Assembly: GCA_963790025.1 (NCBI GenBank)
Contig: CAWBMP010000002.1
Coordinates: 96,001-160,000, forward strand
Source: Nitrospirota bacterium
Lineage (GTDB): Bacteria; Nitrospirota; Thermodesulfovibrionia; Thermodesulfovibrionales; Dissulfurispiraceae
DNA: 64,000 bases
Direction: 5' to 3'
Shown: piece by piece, positions 28,072 to 36,077 of the stretch
How the letters are laid out: each line of letters starts with the position of its first letter
Position numbering within the stretch: the stretch's first letter is position 1
Translations under genes and position numbers: made by a program
Notes under the pieces: generated by a model
The model's database searches: none
What the model saw: the letters and a program-made list of their open reading frames with translations, nothing else
What the model was told of the DNA's origin: nothing

Positions 28072-29970
28072 ATGATAACTTCAGGATTGGCCTACAGGGC
28101 CGAAAAATTTCTTAGAGAAACTGTGGCCGGCGCCCTCGAAGATTACGAGCCCAGGTTGCCCCAACTGGACATGCTGCGCGCTTGTGCCGGAATTATCGAA
28201 AAAGGCGGCACACTTCTGGCAGAAGCAGGCACCGGCACGGGCAAGACGTTCGCCTACCTGGTGCCGCTGCTTGTCGCAGGCGAACGGGCAATTATTTCTA
28301 CGAGGACAATCAATCTGCAGGAGCAGATCGTATCGAAAGACCTGCAGTTCCTTTCAGGCTTAAGAACATTTGAATATGCCATAGCAAAAGGCCGGGGCAA
28401 TTATCTCTGCATGAGACGACTCACTGCGTTCAGGTCGTCCGGTGAGCATGAAACCGAGGAATACGTTGAACTGCTCAGGTGGGCTTCCAGGACAGAAACA
28501 GGGGACATAGAAGATTATGGACTGCGGGTGCATATCTGGGACTGGGTATGCGCTGATGCCGATGCATGCAAGGGACTACAGTGCCCTTTCTTTTCCCGCT
28601 GCCACTATTTCAACGCCCGCAGGCAATGGGACAAGGCACAAATAATTGTGGCAAATCATGCACTGATCGGTATTAATGCTATGTTCGATTCCGACGCGCG
28701 CTTGCTGCCCCGGGCAGATTTACTCGTTGTAGATGAGGCGCACTCGCTTGACAGTGTGCTTTCCGATGTAGCCGGCCTTACGTTATCTAACAGAGGCTTC
28801 GAAAGGATCATGAACAGGCTGCTGAGACTTGACGAGAAAGGCGTATACAGGGGACTTCTCTCCCAATCGCCCGACCTGTATCAAACGGTCGAAGCACTAA
28901 GGACCGAAATGGGTCTTTTTTGGATCAGGATAAAAAACACAGTAAGACACAAGGAGACTATTAAAGGGGCTTTTGCACTGGCAGGTCCGCTTATGGACCT
29001 TGCCGCTGCTATCGGTGGACTTATCGGGGAGATGACTGTCGGCGCGACAGGACTTTTTCAGGAGGATGACGAGATTGAGATCAATGCGTCGATAGTCAAG
29101 CTGAAAGCCTTCGCTGAAGGGATGGTTGCATTCACCGGCGGCATGGCCAGTCCGGATAGTCCAGATAGACTACCCAGGTTTGTCCGCTGGGCGGAAACCG
29201 AAGAAAAGAGAATCGCACTCCGGATGTCTCCGGTTTATCCGAGGGACTTTATGCTCAACCATATCATTCCCGATTACCGGTCTATTATTTTTACTTCAGC
29301 CACTCTCTCAGTTGCCGGGGATTTCCGTTTCACCACCAAAGTACTCGGACTTGAGAGCGCCGAAACACTTTCCGTTGCCTCTCCTTTTGATCTCGGCAAC
29401 CAGATTTCAATACATGTTAAAAGGGGAATAAATCTAAAACAGCCTGGCAGCCCTAAAAGGTTGGCCGCTGTCATTACTGAAGAGGCATCAAAGAAAGACG
29501 GCGGCATGCTGGTGCTTTTCACATCGCGGGAGAGTATGATTAGCACCTGGGCGGCTGCGAGCGGGTCTTTGCAGGATATGGGACTGAATCCCATGTTGCA
29601 GGGAGAAATACCGAACCGGCTAATGCTTGAAATAATGAGGGACAGTGAAAACAGTGTCATTTTCGGTCTCGATTCATTCTGGGAAGGAGTGGATGTGAAA
29701 GGAGACTCGCTAAAGTGCCTTATCATTGCAAAACTTCCTTTTGAAGTCCCTACGGAGCCCATTGTCCAGGCAAGGACCCTGGAGATTGAACAGGGAGGAG
29801 GCAATGCATTTTATGAATACTCCCTGCCGAGGGCGGTGCTCAAATTCAAGCAGGGCTTCGGCAGACTTATACGGTCAAAAAATGACAGCGGAAGGGTCAT
29901 CATATGCGATGAGAGAATTGAAACCATGGCATACGGGCGCACTTTCAGGGAAAGTGTAAAGAACGACTAG
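28072..29970 (+). CDS. dinG: DinG/YoaA-family ATP-dependent DNA helicase
   Basis: 'EAGTGTGKT', 'KGRGNYLC', Fe-S Cys cluster, DEAH, 'SATL', 'FWEGVD', 'QGFGRLIR'. Confidence 0.92.
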   Translation: MITSGLAYRAEKFLRETVAGALEDYEPRLPQLDMLRACAGIIEKGGTLLAEAGTGTGKTFAYLVPLLVAGERAIISTRTINLQEQIVSKDLQFLSGLRTFEYAIAKGRGNYLCMRRLTAFRSSGEHETEEYVELLRWASRTETGDIEDYGLRVHIWDWVCADADACKGLQCPFFSRCHYFNARRQWDKAQIIVANHALIGINAMFDSDARLLPRADLLVVDEAHSLDSVLSDVAGLTLSNRGFERIMNRLLRLDEKGVYRGLLSQSPDLYQTVEALRTEMGLFWIRIKNTVRHKETIKGAFALAGPLMDLAAAIGGLIGEMTVGATGLFQEDDEIEINASIVKLKAFAEGMVAFTGGMASPDSPDRLPRFVRWAETEEKRIALRMSPVYPRDFMLNHIIPDYRSIIFTSATLSVAGDFRFTTKVLGLESAETLSVASPFDLGNQISIHVKRGINLKQPGSPKRLAAVITEEASKKDGGMLVLFTSRESMISTWAAASGSLQDMGLNPMLQGEIPNRLMLEIMRDSENSVIFGLDSFWEGVDVKGDSLKCLIIAKLPFEVPTEPIVQARTLEIEQGGGNAFYEYSLPRAVLKFKQGFGRLIRSKNDSGRVIICDERIETMAYGRTFRESVKND

Positions 29971-30090
29971 GGGCCACGGGCATAACAAGCATCAATTATC
30001 GAAGGGCGCAGGGCAAAAAAGAGAATTATACTTTTTATGCTATAATTTCATTAAATTTCTGAATATAAATTTGTTGATACAGGAAAAGGC

Positions 30091-30630
30091 ATGGGAATAA
30101 TTTATTTTTTCAGCAGGCACTCACCGCCATTTCTGCTCGCAATAGGAATTGCTCTTGATCTACTAGTAGGGCTTCTTGACTACGTAACCGGCAGTAATAT
30201 CAGCGTGTCGATTTTTTATTTAATACCCATCAGCTTTGTTACAATGTTTATTAATAAAAAAGCGGGCATTTTCATGTCAATCCTCGCTACCGCAACAATA
30301 CCTTTTATATTATATATACAAGGGAGTCCTTTGAAGACTGTCGATGATGCCTGGAATCTGTCTTTGGTTTTCGGTTTTTTCCTGGTTGTTACATTATTGC
30401 TGATAAAATTAAAAGAACACATGACAGAACGTGAAAAGCTGGTCGGAGAGCTGCAAAAGGCACTGAAAGAGATAAATCAACTAAGCGGCATGCTGCCTAT
30501 CTGCGTTTACTGCAAGAAAATAAGAGATGACGAGGGTTATTGGAACGTCCTGGAAGAATACATTACCGACCATTCAGAAGCCAATTTCAGCCATTGTATC
30601 TGCCCCGATTGTCGCAAAAAGGTCCTTTGA
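30091..30630 (+). CDS. Membrane protein (about 4 TM) with C-terminal 'LPICxxCKKIRDDxGYW...SHxICPxC' Cys-rich domain
   Basis: Hydrophobic helices followed by coiled coil and CxxC...CxxC tail common on sensor proteins of anaerobes. Confidence 0.75.
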   Translation: MGIIYFFSRHSPPFLLAIGIALDLLVGLLDYVTGSNISVSIFYLIPISFVTMFINKKAGIFMSILATATIPFILYIQGSPLKTVDDAWNLSLVFGFFLVVTLLLIKLKEHMTEREKLVGELQKALKEINQLSGMLPICVYCKKIRDDEGYWNVLEEYITDHSEANFSHCICPDCRKKVL

Positions 30631-30638
30631 AAACAGGT

Positions 30639-30669
30639 AAGGCTATCGCGGCTTGCGCCGGATAGCCTT
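30639..30669. terminator. Hairpin between convergent CDS and tRNA-fMet
   Basis: AAGGCTATC...GATAGCCTT inverted repeat. Confidence 0.55.
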
Positions 30670-30689
30670 GTAAATCAATCCTTTCTATT

Positions 30690-30766
<77 letters not shown>

Positions 30767-30896
30767 GTTTTAAGAATAGCTGAACAAAGGAGATTATGTC
30801 AAATTAACCTGCCCAAAACTTTAATCAAATTATACCGCGAGCACTCAAGTCGCCTATGTGTAGCTTATTGAGTGCTTGGTTGTGGTATGATTTGGA

Positions 30897-31685
30897 ATGA
30901 CTATAGAGATTCTCAGAAAGATCGGTAAGAAGCTTTTTGTTGAAATCGGAAATACACGGTTGAAGCCCCTTGCTTCGACACCGATCGGCAGAGGCGCTGG
31001 TGGAGACCAGACCTATCCGATAGACAAGCAGGCCGAAGATATCATTATAGGAACTCTCAACAGTCTTAATGAACCTCTGAACATAGTTTCCGAAGAATCC
31101 GGGACCAGCCAAATCCTGGTTGACGGCAAAAAGGTTTTGATCGATCCTATCGACGGAAGCAAGAATGCCATAAACGGTGTCCCCTTTTATTGTTCGTCAA
31201 TTGCTGTTGCAGAGGGAGATACGATCGGGAGCATCTCAGCTGCTTACATAATAAACCTCATTTCAGGAGATGAGTTTTGGGCCGAAAAAGGGAAAGGGGC
31301 GTTTTTCAACGGGGGGAAAATTTTCACTCAGCAGGAAGACCTTCTGAATCTCGTAGCCTATGAAGCCCGGAGTCCAAAACATGATATTCCGCGGATAATG
31401 AACCTGCTCGGAGAAGCCAGGAGGACCAGGTGTTTAGGGGCAATCGCTCTGGACCTCTCATATCTTGCATACGGGTCCATAAGCGTTTTTGTGAGCCCTT
31501 CACCCTCAAGGAGCTTTGATTTTGCAGGCGGTTGGCTCATGGTGGCCGAGGCCGGCGGCATATTCACGGATACGGACGGAAATTCAATTGCAGACGCGGG
31601 TACCGGCCTCGATATAAGCACTCGACTGCTGGCCTCCGGCAACAGGGCGCTGCACGAAAGGGCCTTGAAGCTTTTAAATGGCTGA
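30897..31685 (+). CDS. Inositol monophosphatase/FBPase family protein (archaeal-like)
   Basis: 'GAGGDQTYPID', 'SEE', 'IDPIDGS.NA', 'RCLGAIALD', 'RSFDFAGG'. Confidence 0.88.
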   Translation: MTIEILRKIGKKLFVEIGNTRLKPLASTPIGRGAGGDQTYPIDKQAEDIIIGTLNSLNEPLNIVSEESGTSQILVDGKKVLIDPIDGSKNAINGVPFYCSSIAVAEGDTIGSISAAYIINLISGDEFWAEKGKGAFFNGGKIFTQQEDLLNLVAYEARSPKHDIPRIMNLLGEARRTRCLGAIALDLSYLAYGSISVFVSPSPSRSFDFAGGWLMVAEAGGIFTDTDGNSIADAGTGLDISTRLLASGNRALHERALKLLNG

Positions 31686-34353
31686 CACCATAACAGTTCT
31701 TTTCGTATCCGCCCTTGAAAAAAACCGGGACAAATGCCTATTTAAGTATTACAACGGCTCATGGAAAACGATGAGCTATGGTGATTTCTTTTCACTCACC
31801 CAAAGCATTGCGGCCTTGCTGGAAAATTATAATATACGTAAGGGCGACAGAACCGCAATTATAGCGGAGAACAGGCCGGAGTGGTGCGCGTCCTATCTGG
31901 CTGCAGTGGGATGCGGCAGCATCGCCGTTCCTATGGATGTTCAGCTGGGCCGTGATGAGATCAGCAATCTTCTGATCGATTCCGAAGCGAAGATAGTATT
32001 CTGCAGTGATATTACAGAGAGTAATGTCTTGGGCGCTATAGAAGGAACTGAGATAAAAAAAGTTAATTTTGACTCAAAAGATACTGTTCAGTTACTTCGT
32101 TACCAGGATTCCCGACCAGTCCGTTACCCGGTTGCTGCCGACGATATCGCATCAATCATCTATACGTCGGGCACTACCGGAAAACCAAAAGGCGTGCTGC
32201 TAACACACGGCAATTTCTGTTCCGATGCCGAAGCGTTAATCCAGACGAATCTTGTGACGCATGGCGATAACGCGCTGGCGGTCCTCCCTCTGCACCACAC
32301 TTATCCGTTTATGTGCACCTTTCTGTTCCCCCTTTTCCTTGGTGCAACCATAACTTTCGGCGCCGGACTGAAAGCCCCCGATTTGCTGTCAGCAATAAAG
32401 GAAAACGGCGTTACAGTGCTGGTCGGCGTGCCGAGGCTGTTTGATATGCTCAGAAACGGCATAGTGTCCAAAATCAGTGGGCGGGGTGTGCTGTCGGGCG
32501 TACTTTTCGGAATGCTCAGGCTGTCGGGACTGCTCAGAAGGAGACTTGGTCTCAATATCGGAAAAATCGCTTTCGCCTCCATTCATAAAAATTTTCCGGC
32601 AATAAAATTCTTTGCAAGTGGCGGAGCGCGCCTCGATCCAACGGTAATGAGCGACCTCGAGGCACTGGGCTTTACTGTGCTGGAAGGGTACGGATTGACC
32701 GAAACGTCGCCGGTACTCACTTTTAACCCTATTGAGAAAAGGAAGCCGGGTTCAGCAGGAAAACCGCTGCCGGGCGTCGGAATAAAGATAGGGGACGACG
32801 GCGAAATTATTGCCAAAGGGCCGATGGTAATGAAGGGATACTATAATAATGAAGAAGCTACCATTCAGGCCCTGAAGGATGGATGGCTGTTTACCGGAGA
32901 CTTAGGCCATGTCGATCAAGAGGGCTATCTTTTTATTACGGGAAGAAAGAAAGAGGTCATTGTGCTGAGTTCCGGTAAAAACGTATATCCTGAAGAGGTT
33001 GAGACGGCGTATACGTCCATACCCCTGATAAAAGAGCTATGCGTTACAGGCAGTGAACGCGATGATGCAGTCCAGGCAGTAATAGTACCCGATTTCGAGT
33101 ATGCTCGACAGCACTCAATAGGAAGCATAAACGATGAACTCGGGTGGAAGATAAATGAGGTCTCTGCGCGGTTGCCCGAGTATATGAGGATCAGGGGGTA
33201 CATCCTTTCCTCAGAGCCGTTGCCCCGCACTCTGCTAGGCAAATTAAGGCGATTTATGGTTCAGGATTTATTTCGGAAGCAGCGGCAAGCTGAACAGGCC
33301 GGCCAAAAAGATGATGATCATCGGCTCATAGCAGACCCGGCAGGCAAAAAGGTCGCAGATTGCATTAGGGACCTGGTGGGTGACAATGCTGTCATCCATG
33401 CCTCCGACAATCTTGAACTCGACCTAGGCTTCGACTCCTTAAGAAAAATAGAACTGATAGCATCTCTGGAGAGCGTATTCGACACAGACCTTCCCGAGAC
33501 CTTTATTTCGGAAGCGCATACGGTGGCGGATGTAGTTGCCAAAATGAAAGAATATACAAAATCCCCCCCCCTGCCTTTGCCAAAGGAAGGGCAAGGTGGG
33601 CTTAAGGAAGAAGCCGGCACGGTATCGTGGCAAGCAATTCTTGACAAAGGACTGTCGCCGACAGATGCAAATAAAATCGGTTATGAGCACAGTCATTTTG
33701 ATCTTGCCCTCATTTATGTGGTGTTTATGGTGCTGAAGTTTTTATCCAAAATCCTGTTCAGGCTCAAAGTGGATGGTCTGGAACATATACCCGAAGAAGG
33801 CCCCTTTGTTATTACTCCAAATCATGCCAGCTATCTGGACGGTTTTATTATGGCAGTGTCTTTGCCTTTCAGCTCTTTCAGGAAGCTTTATTTTCTGGGA
33901 ATGAAGGAGTTCTTTACCGGAGGGATTAAGTCGTGGTTTGCACGCTTGAGCCACGTCATCCCCATCGATGCCGAGATGTACCTGAACAAGGCACTGCAAC
34001 TGTCTTCATATATCATGAAAAGCGGGCGCTCGCTCTGCGTATTTCCAGAAGGAGGCCGCTCATTTGACGGCAGTGTCATGCCGTTCAAAAAGGGCATCGG
34101 AGTGCTGGCGCTTGAGATAAATGTGCCGGTTATTCCAGCATACATCGATGGGACTTTCAGGGCGTTTCCGAGGGGGACTTATATTATACGGCCGATAAAG
34201 ATAAGGGTCGCATTCGGAGAAAAAATGCTGCCCTCAGGCATTTCAGAGGACAGCCATCCTGACCGTGACAAGTACCAGATGTTTGCCGATACCCTGAGAG
34301 AGAATGTCATCATGCTGTCAAGAAAATCAGGCAAAGGCAGAGGTATAGGTTAA
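31678..34353 (+). CDS. Long-chain acyl-CoA/ACP synthetase - ACP - 1-acyl-G3P acyltransferase fusion (Aas-like)
   Basis: 'YTSGTTGKPKG', 'GYGLTE', ACP 'LGFDSL', PlsC 'NHASYLD' and 'FPEGGRS'. Confidence 0.92.
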   Translation: MADTITVLFVSALEKNRDKCLFKYYNGSWKTMSYGDFFSLTQSIAALLENYNIRKGDRTAIIAENRPEWCASYLAAVGCGSIAVPMDVQLGRDEISNLLIDSEAKIVFCSDITESNVLGAIEGTEIKKVNFDSKDTVQLLRYQDSRPVRYPVAADDIASIIYTSGTTGKPKGVLLTHGNFCSDAEALIQTNLVTHGDNALAVLPLHHTYPFMCTFLFPLFLGATITFGAGLKAPDLLSAIKENGVTVLVGVPRLFDMLRNGIVSKISGRGVLSGVLFGMLRLSGLLRRRLGLNIGKIAFASIHKNFPAIKFFASGGARLDPTVMSDLEALGFTVLEGYGLTETSPVLTFNPIEKRKPGSAGKPLPGVGIKIGDDGEIIAKGPMVMKGYYNNEEATIQALKDGWLFTGDLGHVDQEGYLFITGRKKEVIVLSSGKNVYPEEVETAYTSIPLIKELCVTGSERDDAVQAVIVPDFEYARQHSIGSINDELGWKINEVSARLPEYMRIRGYILSSEPLPRTLLGKLRRFMVQDLFRKQRQAEQAGQKDDDHRLIADPAGKKVADCIRDLVGDNAVIHASDNLELDLGFDSLRKIELIASLESVFDTDLPETFISEAHTVADVVAKMKEYTKSPPLPLPKEGQGGLKEEAGTVSWQAILDKGLSPTDANKIGYEHSHFDLALIYVVFMVLKFLSKILFRLKVDGLEHIPEEGPFVITPNHASYLDGFIMAVSLPFSSFRKLYFLGMKEFFTGGIKSWFARLSHVIPIDAEMYLNKALQLSSYIMKSGRSLCVFPEGGRSFDGSVMPFKKGIGVLALEINVPVIPAYIDGTFRAFPRGTYIIRPIKIRVAFGEKMLPSGISEDSHPDRDKYQMFADTLRENVIMLSRKSGKGRGIG

Positions 34354-34399
34354 GAAAAAGAAAAAAACCTTTGCCTGTCCAGTTAGCCAAAAGCACTAT

Positions 34400-34423
34400 A
34401 TATATGTTAAATTTAACGTATAT
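34400..34423. promoter_or_regulatory. 24-bp near-perfect palindrome, candidate operator
   Basis: ATATATGTTAAATTTAACGTATAT (one mismatched pair) upstream of the hypothetical-Grx-FTR genes. Confidence 0.5.
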
Positions 34424-34480
34424 TTACAAATTAAGGCTGTCCCGTTTGCGGGCTAACCGACTCATTATTGAGGTGATATT

Positions 34481-34834
34481 GTGGCTGATTTCAAATATAA
34501 GGACTATACTCCGGAAGAGAGCGCGCTTTATGATGCCGCTATGATAAAGATAAGAGAAGGAATGAAAAACGGGCTAAGCTTCAGCGAGGCCTGCAGCGTT
34601 ATCGATGTACAGGACCCTGACCTGAAACACTTTATTGCAGACGATGCCCTTAAAGTGATGATTGCCGAGATGCATTACGAGAAGGGAATTCCCCTGCAGC
34701 AGGTAGCGGATACTTTGAAAGTACCTTTAAAACAGCTGAATACCGCAAACATGGAGATGCTTGAGGATGTCGGGACAACTGCAGCTGCGATGTACCGGGA
34801 AAGCGATCCCGATGGCCCGATTGGCAATGCCTAG
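34481..34834 (+). CDS. Hypothetical protein (possible HTH-like C-terminus)
   Basis: GAGGTG RBS, GTG start, 117 aa. Confidence 0.7.
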   Translation: MADFKYKDYTPEESALYDAAMIKIREGMKNGLSFSEACSVIDVQDPDLKHFIADDALKVMIAEMHYEKGIPLQQVADTLKVPLKQLNTANMEMLEDVGTTAAAMYRESDPDGPIGNA

Positions 34835-34842
34835 GAGAGCCG

Positions 34843-35103
34843 GTGGAGGAACAAAAAAAGAAAGTTAGAGTATACGCGTTGAGCACTTGCCCCGCGTGCA
34901 ATAAGGTGAAGCGGTTCCTCGATACTCACGGAATCATCTATGAATGCATCGAAGTGGACCTGCTTGAGAGCAGTGAGCAGTGGCTGGTATCAAAAGAATT
35001 GAAAAAATATAATCCCATGGCTACTTATCCTACCGTTGTGATCGAAGAGGTGATTACAGGCCCCGATGAGAAAAAATTGAGCGAGGCGCTTGGGGCCGCA
35101 TGA
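34843..35103 (+). CDS. Glutaredoxin/NrdH-like protein (CPAC)
   Basis: 'YALSTCPACNKVK', 'YPTVVI'. Confidence 0.88.
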   Translation: MEEQKKKVRVYALSTCPACNKVKRFLDTHGIIYECIEVDLLESSEQWLVSKELKKYNPMATYPTVVIEEVITGPDEKKLSEALGAA

Positions 35104-35423
35104 CACCTGAAAGCCTTTACCCGGTACTGCAGAAATATGCCGCATCTCAGGGGATAGAGCTTAATAATGACAGGGGTTTTGTTTTGGACATACTGGGAGG
35201 ACTCCTTAAAAATGAAGCCCGGTACGGGTACCGTTCTTGTCCATGCCGTCTGGCTTCGGGTATAAGGGAAAAGGATGCCGATATAATCTGTCCCTGTGTT
35301 TACAGGGGACCGGATATTGAAGAGTACGGGAGTTGCTATTGCGGGCTCTATGTATCAACCCAATGGAATGATGGGAGCACAGAGCATGGATATGTGCCGG
35401 AGAGACGGCCAATCAGTGAATGA
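35100..35423 (+). CDS. Ferredoxin:thioredoxin reductase catalytic subunit
   Basis: 'GYRSCPCRL', 'ICPCVY', 'GSCYCGLYV'. Confidence 0.93.
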   Translation: MTPESLYPVLQKYAASQGIELNNDRGFVLDILGGLLKNEARYGYRSCPCRLASGIREKDADIICPCVYRGPDIEEYGSCYCGLYVSTQWNDGSTEHGYVPERRPISE

Positions 35424-35513
35424 GTGAATGAGTGGATGAGTAAATGGGTAAGTGAGTGGATGAGTTAAATGGTGTTTTACTCATTCAACCATATACACAT
35501 TTACTCATTCACT
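35415..35513. repeat. Octamer (GAGTGAAT-like) tandem repeats in an inverted pair
   Basis: AGTGAATGAGT (35415-35425) / ACTCATTCACT (35503-35513) perfect terminal IR with degenerate internal units. Confidence 0.8.
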
Positions 35514-35534
35514 AAAAAAGGGAGGTAATTTTAT

Positions 35535-35906
35535 ATGATGTTTAGCGATGTTTTGACTTTGGAGCAGATAAAAAAAGAACCGTTTGTTATAGAACACATA
35601 CTGTGGGACCTCCAGCCGAAGGATTTGATGGAGCCGCGTGCCAAAGTGACGGCCGAAGGGACGAAATTAAGGGACCAGATCAAAGGTTATATATTCTATA
35701 TAGACACAACGGATAAGAAACCGGTTCTTTTTTTGATGCGCCACACTTCAGCCGATTTTGCAGAAACGCTGGCAAAAATTGACGAAATTCCCGGGGAGAT
35801 GCTGGAGGGAGCGATAGTGGAGAACAAAGATAAAGAATATTTCAAGATGTACCCCATTAACAGCCAGATAGAGGCCTGGCTGAAGAAAGAGTTGGGGATC
35901 AAATAG
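35535..35906 (+). CDS. Conserved hypothetical protein, possibly DVU0772-like
   Basis: GGAGGT RBS; 'ILWDLQPKDL', 'GYIFYID', 'YPINSQIEAWLKKEL'. Family assignment from memory. Confidence 0.6.
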   Translation: MMFSDVLTLEQIKKEPFVIEHILWDLQPKDLMEPRAKVTAEGTKLRDQIKGYIFYIDTTDKKPVLFLMRHTSADFAETLAKIDEIPGEMLEGAIVENKDKEYFKMYPINSQIEAWLKKELGIK

Positions 35907-36006
35907 CAAAGGTGGAGGCATAGGTAAAGGCAAAGCAAAAAGTCCACAGCAGAGATTTTGCCTTTGCTTCTGCCTTTGCCTCTACCTCTACCTTTACCTT
36001 TGCCTG
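35906..36006. repeat. Hexamer (AGGCAA / TTGCCT) tandem repeats in an inverted pair
   Basis: AAAGGTGGAGGCATAGGTAAAGGCAAAGCAAA ... TTTGCCTTTGCTTCTGCCTTTGCCTCTACCTCTACCTTTACCTTTGCCT. Confidence 0.8.
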
Positions 36007-36015
36007 CGGTATTAT

Positions 36016-36055
36016 TGTTAACTGAAAGATAACATTCCTGTAATATACCGGTAAC
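36016..36055 (+). promoter_or_regulatory. Four direct repeats with 11-bp period, Pho-box-like
   Basis: TGTTAAC, AGATAAC, CTGTAAT, CGGTAAC with TAA(C/T) cores at 36019, 36030, 36041, 36052, just upstream of ATG 36078. Confidence 0.55.
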
Positions 36056-36077
36056 GTTCTTTTGCTATTAATATTAC

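Noticed and set aside
35415..36006. CRISPR array
   Set aside because: Units are 6-8 nt, degenerate and lack unique spacers; no cas genes.
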